64,000 nucleotides of DNA. Origin: Octopus sinensis. Lineage: Eukaryota. The translations under genes were made by a program, and so were the position numbers. How positions within the stretch are numbered: the first letter of the stretch is position 1; every line of letters begins with the position of its first letter. The notes under the pieces are model-generated. The model worked only from the letters and a program-made list of their open reading frames with translations, was not told the origin of the DNA and made no database searches. This document shows positions 52,230 through 64,000 of this stretch, piece after piece. The DNA lies in the NCBI RefSeq assembly GCF_006345805.1, contig NC_043001.1:35650001-35714000 (forward strand), read 5' to 3'.

Positions 52230-53999
52230 ATATATTTATGTTCCAGGTGTGTCTTTAAATTGCATCTTGTAGTGGGACCTTGCATGAGAGGTTCCAGAAT
52301 TTTAAGAAGTGTCGAACCACCACTTAGCCATTATTATTCCAAGGTCTATAATGACCTGAAGTTGTAGCACCTGCCAAGACTCCCAGCTGTGTGTTAACTA
52401 GCATGTCAATCCACTGTGAGCGAAGGACCCCTAGTTCTTGTCAGAACATCTATCCTTCCTCAAGAAGGTAAACTTAAGACCTGTAGTGAAGCTTGTTTCT
52501 GGTCAACGGTCAACTCAATAGCAATTGTGCCATAAGTTTTAGAGCCAATTTTACTGAACAGGTGGTTCAGTGCAGTGCAACACTTTATCCACTTAAAATG
52601 AATTCACACCCAGGAACCTTTTGGACTCTCGGAATGTTTGCACAGATGTACAGTGTAGCGAAGTGGTCATGTAGATATATATACATACATACATACATAT
52701 ATATATATATATGAGAGATGACTCATATACATGCATATGCATACACACATGTATAAATATATCGTTATAAATACATATGTGTATGTGTGTGTATATGCAT
52801 ATATATATATAAATATCTACATAGTTATATAGATATATACATATGTGTTTGCAGCATAAATAGATACACTATACGTATATATAGGTATGTCTGTATATAA
52901 AACATTTATGTTTAATGTACATATTACACACACATATATACTCATGATATATATATATATACACACACACTTACACACACACATATATTGGTTGTCAGAT
53001 TTTATTCATCTTATTCTAGTATTTGAATTAACATGAAGAATATTTCATTGTAGTGTTTTATAGGGGTTTTTTTTCAGTCCTTTCTTTAGAACTTTTGTTT
53101 ACTGATTTTGAAATTTGAATCATTTTTACCTCTTTTCAGATGTATCACAATGGAGTGCTAAGCAGGAAAAAAAAATTAGAGTTTTTGACACCTGCTTCAT
53201 TTCACCTTCAGTCAAGATTTCAAAAGTTATAATAATGTCACTCCACAAAACTTGAGCTGCATACAAAAAAAATGTGCTATAACTTAAAGCTTCACAGGAA
53301 TGGTTTCCATGCTTCAAGGTGAGGCAAATTCAACCTCATATACTCTCCATATTCTGGCCAACTTCTTTATTTTCTGAGGATTGATTATATAATTTCATTC
53401 AGTAGGATCCACTCCAATTGACTATTGAATTGTCCTAGCAGATTGGATGATCTCATGATACTACTGCTTGTCATATTCACACGGTGGGCAATTCAGCTGA
53501 AACACCCTGTCAAGCAACAAGCTGCACTTCTTTAGCACAACAACACCCGCCTCAACATCACAAATCTGATCAAAAATGCAAATCAAGAGCTGCTTTATGT
53601 AGTCCTACCATGACCACATATTCTCCTGATAAACCACCTTAAATTAATCACCTTTATTTTTGGTCAGTCTCAAGCAGTCTGGATAGAGCAGAAAATGTGG
53701 CTCAATAAATTTTTCTCGTTAAGACCTGGAAATTTTGACCATCAAAGCATTGACACGAGAGTAGAACTTTGGCAAGAAGTCAAGAACAAAAAGTAAAATA
53801 AATTAGAAACCAATCTGTGCAAAACAGTTGCTTGAATGTAGGGATGGAAATAAATGAGGAAAACAAATCTCTCAGACCTGACAACTCATATATAAATATA
53901 TGTGCATGTGTGTGTGAAAATGTATATATATGTGTAAAAATATATATATATATAAATACAAATATATATATATAAGTATGTATGTGTGTGTGAGTGTGC

Positions 54000-54801
54000 A
54001 TTAAAAGTTTATAAGCATATATATATATATATATATATATAAATTATACAAGGTTATATATATATACTTAGATGTTTTGGCCAAAGATTGGTCCAGGCCA
54101 TGTCTAATAGCAACTTAATAGTATATGTCTATGTGTATATATATATATATATATATAAATATATATTTAAGTATATATCCATCAATCTAAATATATATAT
54201 ACATATATATATTATAAATATATAAGTATATATACATATATTTGCATATATACGTATACATATACATATATATACATATATCTATATTTTTATATATCTA
54301 TATACTTATATATATATATATATGAATCTATACACAGATATTTTTTAATATACATGTGGATGCAGGTGAAGAAATAGACAGACAGACAGACAAATAGATA
54401 AATAGAAAGAAAGGTAGCGATAAATGCCACAGTAAAAGATAGATGCACATATAAGGGAGACATGCACGGTTATTGCTACAACCACACACACATATATGCA
54501 AGACATGTATATACATATATATCACATCACTGGGCACCTAATTATCTAAAAACACGTATGCGCATGTATGAAAATGTGTGTGTACATAACTGTCAATTAA
54601 CATAATTCACATGTGCAATATACACACACAAATGACCATATAATAAACATATATATAAATATATATGTGTGTGTATGTGTCTGAATATATATATTCATAT
54701 GCAAATATCCATACATACATATATATATATATATGCATATATATATATATATATGCATATATATATATATATATAATATGCATATATATATATATATGCA
54801 T

Positions 54802-54832
<31 letters not shown>

Positions 54833-55367
54833 TATATGAATATTGGCCTGCTCGCTAAGCCAGCGGGGTGGCGACATTCGAAGGCTAAAACAATGCGAAC
54901 GCATTGTGACCAGCGATGTGTAACTACATCTGATGGACTGGTCGGTCACGTGATATATATGAATATATATACATATATATGCACATATATATATACACAT
55001 AAATATATATAAACATACACACACACACATATATATACACACGCATCTACATAAAAGGTATATACATACACAAATATATATATGCATGCATATATATGAA
55101 TATACATGTAAAGAGATAATATACCTACATGCATATGCACATGACATTTAATATATAGTTATGTATAGACCTATAACATATATATTATTACATGTAAATA
55201 TATTTTCACATAGATACTCTTGGCATCCATATGTGTGTTTTTATATACAGAAACACACAGGCACACTATACACATGTCTATTAAAACACATTGATATATA
55301 TATATATTTATATATATATGCATGTACACGCATATACTGCATGTACATACATAGTATACACATATAT

Positions 55368-55435
<68 letters not shown>

Positions 55436-55460
55436 GTATATATATATATATATGTATATA

Positions 55461-55548
<88 letters not shown>

Positions 55549-55757
55549 GTACATTATATATGTATATATGATGCATATGTATATACGTAGATGCATACCT
55601 ATTGAAAAGATGTCTATTTCTATATACATTCAAATAAGAAGATATGAACATTTAATATTCGTACATAAATCCTTATATGAATGTACACACAAACACACAT
55701 TTGTATATCAATAGATGTATATATGTGTGTGTGTTTATGCATGATGTACGTGTGTGC

Positions 55758-55823
<66 letters not shown>

Positions 55824-56239
55824 GTAAGTCGACATGTCTACAACGATCATCCTAATGAATTTTACTATTGAAAGCATAAAAGAAAGGTTATTTTATTTAC
55901 TTGCCATATAATTTCAGTTAGTATTGGTTTGGACGGGCTTAATGTATGTGCAATATATGATTGAGATTTTGTAAGTCCTAAAGCATTCTCATGAAAATTT
56001 CAGCATTGGGTTTAACAATGACTAGACCTAACAAAGCAGCAATACAAACAAATTCTTTGGGACAGCTGAAGTAGGTGGTATGTATTTATATATGAGAGTG
56101 TATATATGTGTATATATATATATATTATATATATATATGTATATATATATATAGAAAGATACATATATATATACGTGTATATATATATAGATACATATAT
56201 ATATATATATATATGTGTGTGTATATATACATGATATAT

Positions 56240-56291
<52 letters not shown>

Positions 56292-56924
56292 TATAGATAT
56301 ATAGATATTATACGTGTATATATATACATATATATATACATGTATATATATATATATATATAGATATATAGATATATACGTGTATATATATACATATATA
56401 TATGTATATACACATGCGTACATATATATATATACAGATATATATATATATGTATACATACACATAGGCAAGCAGACAGATTGATTGATTGATGGATAGA
56501 CAGATAGATTGATAGATAGATAGATAGATAGATTGATAGATAGATAGATAGACAGACATACATTCATACATACATTCATACACACACACACACACGCATG
56601 CATGCATGCATGAATACATACATACATATATACATACATTTAGAAATTGAGAAAACTTGAACTGTACAAAAAGCACTGAGAGAGCAGCTTTAGAGAATTT
56701 GATAAAAATTCCCCTACAGACAGAAAACAGTGACCAGAAGCCACTACAGAGTATTGACATGTATAGAGTTTGATTCTCTGTAGCAGCTGAGGGCCACTCC
56801 TTTCTTTAGGTGTATTGTTTATCCTCACTTTCTAATGCTCATCTCATAGTTTCTCTCTGCATTTGAAATTTTTTGAATTTCCAAAATGTTGTCCACTCTC
56901 TCAGTGCTTCAATATTTATATATA

Positions 56925-56973
<49 letters not shown>

Positions 56974-57414
56974 CACATGTATATATACATACACACATAC
57001 ACATATATATATAGATATAGATATATATAGACATATATATATACATAGATATATGTGTATACATATATATACACATACATATCTATATATATACATATCT
57101 ATCCATATATATATAGATATGTGTGTGTGTGTGTATATATATATATATACACACACACATATCTATCTATCTACCTTTCTATCTATTTATCTATTTATCT
57201 ATATATAGCTATATTATATCACATATCATATTCATATATAATGCATCACATATCAAATTTATATATCATGCATTTATATACACAGATATGTGAATGTGTG
57301 AGAGTGCATAGATACGTGTGTATATATGTATATGCACACACAATGTGTATATGTGTACATACATATATATATGCATACATGTATATATATACATATATAC
57401 ATTCACACACACAC

Positions 57415-57453
<39 letters not shown>

Positions 57454-57490
57454 GTATATATATATATATATTATGTATGTATATATGTAA
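54000..57490. repeat. Large compound (TA)n/(CA)n/(GATA)n microsatellite region with short unique islands and a SINE tail at 54845-54955
   Basis: Directly visible. Confidence 0.9.
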
Positions 57491-58554
57491 GTGTCATATA
57501 TTTTGGTTTTTAAAGTTCTGTCCTATATATAATATAAGTAAAGAACATTTTTATCGTCAGTTTCTATTGTAAATGGTTGTGAGTAACATTATTGTTATTG
57601 CTGCTTTTTGTACTATTGCGGCTAGTGCTGCTTTTTTATTTTTGTTGTTTTTCTTTTGTCTCTTTTGTCTCTACTATACTGAATTCAATTTGTGACAAAT
57701 GATGGCCTCAATAGCTGTCACTCTTCAATACATTTATATAGTAAAAATAGATTGTGTAGATATATTTCGCAACTGTGTTCTGATTCATCATTTTTATCGC
57801 CATTACCATTTCCAGTTATCATCTTCTTTCATCAATGTTATTATTATTATAATTATTATTATTAATTATTATTTAATTTTTATTAATTTTTATCATATTT
57901 ATTTTTATGTTATTTCTCATGATTTATTACCCACTCTAAGATCATTCACAATCATTATTCATGGTCTTCCTCCACTTTATCTGCCCTTAAATATATATTT
58001 AAAAAAAAAAAAAAATCGTTGAAATATTTCATATGTTTTCATATGTAAATATTTTTAATTTAAAATCTTGTTGGGTTTTGTTTTGTTTTTTTTTGGTATT
58101 GTTGTTTTTGTGACGTTCATTTAAATTTTCTTTTTTCATTTATTGTTTTTTTTTTTTAATTTTGGTTTCACAGATATCAATTTTGATAAAGTTAGTCTAC
58201 AACAAACTTCTCGTGAACAGTTCAACAGTTTTCACTCACTGGTTTCTTGTATTCAATGTTTCTTAGAAAAAACAATATGTCTCACTCGACCATCTCGAGT
58301 ATATTAAATGACACAAATAAAAATAATGAGAAATCTGAATTGGCTTATTCAGGTTCTCTTTTCTTTTCTTTTCTTTTATTAGTGCCATAATCAAAGTAGT
58401 TTATTAATTGTGATATTACATATATATTTTTTTAATCCTGGGCTTTTCCAATTTTTTCCTTGTGAATATGAATTTTCTTTTATTTATTATCTATTTTTAA
58501 ATGTTATTGGATCTTTACGTGTAGTTTTTTTTTTAAAAAACTCTTTCTCACCCT

Positions 58555-59133
58555 TCAAACATTGTTTTCTGTATTAAGCTCTCCTAGAGCAGTACTTATT
58601 TCGTTGAACTGGGGTCTGTCTTTAGCATTAAGTTGTGTACACTTCCTGATCAATTCAGCTATTCCTGGCAAGCATTGGTCACAGATATCTAGGGAGATGT
58701 CATCGACTTTGATACATTTAAGTAATTCCTCGTTGGTCTTTGACTTATGAGGCAACTCTCCCAGATGAAAAACTTCCCACATAAAAACTCCAAACGACCA
58801 CACATCACTTTTAGTTGAGAATTCATCATCTAAAACGGCCTCGGGTGGCATCCACCGTAATGGAATGAGACATTGAAAATGTGGGTAATACTCCTGGGCA
58901 TACACATCACGACACAGTGACAACAACGATATCTTTACATCTAGTCTGTTTGTTAGCAACACATTCCTTGATGCTAAATCTTTATGAATGAATCGGTTGC
59001 TAGCCAAGTGTTCCATTCCCATTGATACCTGTCGACATAGATTCAGTTTCTGTGGAATTGTCAGTGGTGGGGCACGAGCAATACGTTTTCCATTGTCGTT
59101 TCTTGTAGCAAGAAGAAATTGTTTCAAATCTCC
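58555..59133 (-). CDS. PTK7: Terminal coding exon of inactive tyrosine-protein kinase 7 (PTK7/CCK4/off-track-like pseudokinase), C-lobe
   Basis: Polypyrimidine tract and CAG acceptor (AG at 59135-59134), then 579 nt open to TGA: GDLKQFLLATR...HKDLASRNVLL...KISLLSLCRDVY...PLRWMPPEAVLDDEFSTKSDVWSFGVFMWEVF...DRPQFNEISTALG. HKD and the missing DFG (LLS here, ALG in human PTK7) match PTK7 as I recall its sequence. Confidence 0.95.
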   Translation of the reverse strand, partial: GDLKQFLLATRNDNGKRIARAPPLTIPQKLNLCRQVSMGMEHLASNRFIHKDLASRNVLLTNRLDVKISLLSLCRDVYAQEYYPHFQCLIPLRWMPPEAVLDDEFSTKSDVWSFGVFMWEVFHLGELPHKSKTNEELLKCIKVDDISLDICDQCLPGIAELIRKCTQLNAKDRPQFNEISTALGELNTENNV

Positions 59134-59290
59134 CTGCCAACAGAAGGAAAAGAAAAGAAATGTAGTTAAAAGAAAGTTTTGTTTATATTTATTAAATAAA
59201 TGATTCGCATATCAAATGTACATGATCAATTAATTAATCCTTTTGCTATCTGGAAATCCGTATCTAGTTTTTATAAATTCTTTTGTTATT

Positions 59291-59377
<87 letters not shown>

Positions 59378-59646
59378 GCTCTTTATGTTCTGTGTTCATA
59401 AACAGATTAAGGTTGTCTTGTGTTCACACACGCATACACACAAACATATATACATATATCTTGGTGTCAGGAAGGGCAGGACTCCAGCCATAGAATCCAT
59501 GCCAAACCAGACTGGAACCTAGAACAGGTTTCCAGCTTACAAATTCCAGTCAAACCATCTAACCCATGGAAAGTGGATATCAAATGGTGATGGTGGTTAT
59601 ATATATATATATATACACACACACATACATACAAACATTTATATAC

Positions 59647-59682
<36 letters not shown>

Positions 59683-60340
59683 CAGGTGTGGCTGTTGAGT
59701 GAAGAGTTTACTTTCCAAACACATTTTTCTGGGCACACTCTCATTGTGCTGAGTTTTAGACCAGTGTCTTCAACTGGAGCTCCGTGCCAACCAAAGCCTG
59801 GTAAATTAATTTGGCTGATGGGAATTGAAAGTTCCTTGTGTGTATATGCATGTGCAGAAGTGCTCATACCACTCAGGCACACCCACACCCAGACACATGT
59901 GTATATATATATATATATATAACATTTTTCATTTTCTGTACAATTACAAAATCTTAAAACTTTTCAGTAGAATATTTGTTTACATGTTAATTTAATGTAT
60001 CATTTTATTCGATTTGGTATATTTCAATATTGAAATTAATATGACGATGATAGTTTTGCAATTCAAAAGTGTTGTAGCACAATTCTGTAACATAATACCC
60101 TTCTGAGGTTTAGTTGAATTTGTGTGTGTAGAATTACTATTCTTTTAGAGCAATTTTGTAAATAACTCTTGCTTTGAAGGCAGTTTGCACTGTAAAGGAG
60201 TCTCAATGTTATATTAATTAGAATAACAACTATAATATAGACATCTATTTATGTACAGAATGTACTTGTAATATGTAAGAAAACTTTATATAACCTAGAA
60301 ATTGAAACCATGCAAAAAATAAGCATAAATATCTACACAC

Positions 60341-60573
60341 CCAGTCACAATATTCTGTAATCATGAAGTTTGGTTCTGCTTCGCGGCAGACACCAAGAAG
60401 CTTGGTAATATTTGGATGTTCCAGGCGTGAAAACATATCCATTTCGTGCTTAAACTCAAAAAACAGCTGTTCGTCCTTATTTAGCAGTGATTTGACGACA
60501 ACCAAACTTTCACTTTCAGACTCTCGAATGTTGCGAGCCTGGGCTAGAAAGACATCACCATACAAACCTTTTC
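60341..60573 (-). CDS. PTK7: Penultimate coding exon of PTK7, kinase N-lobe
   Basis: CAG acceptor (AG at 60575-60574, phase 1) and GT donor at 60340-60339 (phase 0). Encodes (G)KGLYGDVFLAQARN...LVVVKSLLNKDEQ...LLGVCREAEPNFMITEYCDW and splices in frame to GDLKQFL of the next exon. Confidence 0.93.
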
Positions 60574-62892
60574 CTGCAATGAACAAAATTAATTTACATA
60601 TTTTAATTATAAGTTTCACCAGTTTTAAATGTAATTACTATGTTCAAATTCAACTGAAATACAGATAATATTTTGGAAAAAATGAATGACATGTCTGCAG
60701 AACAAATATCAAATTTACTCTATATTTTCTGTACTACAACACAAGATAAAATTATCAGTATTAAAATTTGATAATGAAATTTTCTTAATTTTCAAGATAC
60801 ACATTAATGGTTTCACTCTTCTTCGGTTTTACTTTTAAATTAAAACTTCATTCCTCATTTCTGTGTGTTTATTATTGTATTTGTTTTACATATATAATGA
60901 GTAAAAAGAGTGAATGATTAAAACTGGGATGATTTTCATCTTGGCATGCAAGACAGTTGAATGTAATGGTATTGTATTCGTGTAATGATATTAGATTACA
61001 TATGCTGAGTGTAAAAAGACCTGTCATGAGTTGAAGCAAATACACAGAATAAAGATTGGTTAATTAAACTTTTGAATGTCATTTATGCCATACTACACAA
61101 TGTGGCACCATACATAGGAAATAAAGCAATAACTGGCTGAATGCAAATTATGCTGCAATGATGAGGACAGCCAACTGCACCCAAGGATAGTGTAAAGTGA
61201 GTCTAGCTACATTTGATGTAATTATAAAGAAGGTTATTCTATACAGTTTGCTACCGAGTCATACTCAGTTACGCAAACAGCCAGTGTATTGTTTAAAAAT
61301 TATCCATAAATTCTGCAAAATATCACCTTTGAATCTTTCAGTAATACCTCTAGTTGTTTACAAATAAAAAAATTCCAACTTGAAGTTAGAAATATTTACC
61401 AGTCTATATAGTGCTGTAATATTTAACTCTTATCTTACTTTCTCATTAAGTGTTATAAAACAGTTTGCAATGTAGAAAAACAATAACTAGTACAAAATTC
61501 AAATTAAGGAATCTTAATGATTAGTCTGTTTCATTTTCTAACAAATAAGTCTAGTAAATAAGGGGTTTTAAAATGTATGTCTCAACATTTCAAACTGGCA
61601 TAAAAGAGAACAAGTTTAATATCCAACTTCAAAATGTATCTGATTCATAAACAGCTGTCATTATTTTAGACAAATTGTGTTGCTGATGATGTCATGGTTG
61701 AGAAGTTGCTGGCAACTCAGACCAGCTTGAATACATCTGCCACCTATTTAGACAGATATATTGAACAGTATAACAAAATAAACAGTAGATAAATAAAGAT
61801 CTGGTTCACGGATATTGGTCAGTCTGTAAAGACTCTTGAAAAGAAATTTGACAGAAGCTGTAAAATGTATAAAGAGACAGAGCTGATGATCACTCATCGT
61901 TATGGACATATTAAAGAAAATATTATTATTAATCATTTTTCTTTTTTTAAACTTGATTGAAAGAATGGACATGATGCTGAAGAAATCTCCTATATACACT
62001 GTCCTACCCCTCCACATACTTAAACTGTGTTCCTTATTAAGAAAGGCTTGTGTTAAAATATGTTCCATTTATGTTGCTAAATCACTGCAAGTAGAAGTAA
62101 AAGTTTGAATAATGAACAAAGGATCATGACAGATTTCCCTAACAGAAAGTTGGTTGATGGTAGGGGATTCAAAAGAAGTGAGGGGGAGAAAAAAAAACAG
62201 GCATAATAGACTCAGTAAACCCGAAATGCATTTTGAATTGAGTTTTGTGGCAACAGGAAACATGATTCAATAAAGTGAAGCTGAATGAAGGAACATCAGG
62301 AATCCTATAGCCAGACCACAGGAATCCTATTTCTGCATTACAGTAAATAATAGCCATGTTATTAGGGGAGACACACACACAAAGACAGACTGAGACACAC
62401 ATGTAAATACACCCAGACACACACATCCATTCACACAAACATACTCACTCATAAATAGTTCTCTTCAATATAACACTTGTTCATAAAATTGCAGTTTAAC
62501 TTTTCTCATTCATATGAGTATTTGGTGAATTGTTAGAATAGCTGTTGCTGCTTTTGTGAAAGGGGAAATTTCCTTTTGTAAGTGTCTGAATAGAAGTTAC
62601 AGGATCATTAGTTATAGCGTAAAGAGGAAATGCAATGGTGATATTAATATGCCCCCTACCTAAACCTGATGGCAATCTCTCTTTTTTTCTTTCTCATTCT
62701 AACTGTGTATTGGAATTTTCCCACATAAATGCATAGACAGGTCCTTTTTTTTTTTTAAGATATGTAACGATAAATTTATTTTATATGTCCATTAAAGGGG
62801 AGAGATGAGATAACATTTTAATCATATATGATTGACTAAGACTTACTAAAGATATTGTCTCCTCCTATTTTCTTCTGCACCTTATATAGGTT

Positions 62893-63295
62893 TAAATTTT
62901 GGCACAAGGCCAGTAATTTCTAGAAAGGAGTTAAGTTGATTACATTGACCACAGTACTCAACTGGCACTTATTTTAGGTACTCAACTGGTACTTATTTTA
63001 ACAACTCCGAAAGGATTAAAGATGACGTTGACCTTGGTAGAATTTGAACTCAGAATATAAAGATGGACTAAATACCTATTTCTTTACTACTCACAAGGGG
63101 CTAAACACAGAAGGGACAAACAAGGACAGAAAAATGGATTAAGTCGATTATATTGACCCCAGTGCGTAATTGATTCTTATTTAATCGACCCCGAAAGGAC
63201 GAAAGGCAAAGTCGACCTCGGCGGGATTTGAAAGATGGGCTAAAAACCACTAAGCATTTTGTCCAGCATGCAAATGATTCTGCCATCTCACCACT
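62893..63295 (-). mobile_element. Old family B2 SINE interrupted by a 5'-truncated B1 copy (63077-63230)
   Basis: 18-bp duplication AAAGATGGACTAAATACC (63059-63076) and AAAGATGGGCTAAAAACC (63231-63248) flanks the B1 insert. Lies in a presumed PTK7 intron. Confidence 0.8.
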
Positions 63296-63704
63296 TTCTG
63301 CACTTTTATGAATATTTTTCAGTGACATTGAATATTAAATCAATGATATCAGCAGCATCAACAACATCAAAAATAGAGATAAAGGAAGATTATTTTATTG
63401 CTATTCCAATAATTTTCCGAAGAGTCCTATTTTTGTAATTACACAATTTCACAGAACGAAGAAACATATCTGTATGCCTTGATGAAAGTGAAGCATTTTA
63501 TTCAGATTTTGTATTTCTTACTATATTGAATGTAATTTAGAGATTAGCAGTGCTATTTTCTGCACTTTGAGTGGTCCTTATATTTTGGTCATGCATTTGC
63601 CTTCTGCATGCTTTTTAATCTCTTCCAAGTTACTTATTATTACAGAGACTGTTTCTGTTTCTGCCCCAACATTCTGGCTATCTCTATTGTTAGATTTTCA
63701 TATT

Positions 63705-64000
63705 TACTCTTTTCTTTTACTCTTTTACTTGTTTCAGTCAGTTGACTGCGGCCATGCTGGAGCACCGCCTTTAGTCAAGCAATTCGACCCCGGGACTTAT
63801 TCTTTGTAAGCCAAGTACTTATTCTATCGGTCTCTTTTGCCGAACCGCTAAGTAACGGGGACATAAACACACCAGCATCGGTTGTCAAGCAATGCTAGGG
63901 GGACAAACACAGACACACATACACATACATACATATATATATATATACATATATACGACGGGCTTCTTTCAGTTTCCGTCTACCAAATTCGCTCACAAGG
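63705..64000 (-). mobile_element. Family A SINE running off the window end
   Basis: Tail and body match 3187-3480. Confidence 0.9.

Noticed and set aside
53140-53318. Exon-like segment with good AG acceptor and AAG-GTGAGG donor
   Set aside because: Stops in all three frames and no recognisable peptide; could be a non-coding exon but unsupported.
60574-64000. Further upstream PTK7 exons (juxtamembrane, TM, Ig domains)
   Set aside because: No matching frame found on the minus strand; they presumably lie beyond the window.

Overview
AT-rich, microsatellite-dense eukaryotic DNA, most likely an octopus (coleoid cephalopod). This is inferred from the tRNA-derived SINE families and the (TA)n/(TACA)n load, not from a database search. 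The only confidently identified host gene is the 3' end of a PTK7/off-track-type pseudokinase on the minus strand (last two coding exons, 60341-60573 and 58555-59133). The rest is mostly repeats: three or more tRNA-SINE families, RTE and CR1/L2-type LINE fragments, a decayed mariner, a decayed CMC/Chapaev-like transposase, Helentron/Helitron-like non-autonomous elements and several MITEs. Nearly all ORFs in the supplied track are translations of microsatellites. The most interesting signals are: (i) minimal hammerhead-ribozyme motifs in short (TA)n-adjacent repeats of Penelope/retrozyme type, including a candidate atypical variant whose stem II changes sequence but stays paired; (ii) a 667-bp foldback element whose centre holds two hairpin tips with near flip/flop loops; (iii) three local duplications (one inverted, two tandem) that all break inside (TA)n tracts and differ mainly by single-base indels, so they may be real template-switch events or long-read assembly artefacts; (iv) one SINE subfamily found twice at the same GGTATTT site of another. 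No prokaryotic-type system (CRISPR, operon, prophage) is supported. Coordinates were counted by hand and repeat boundaries are approximate.
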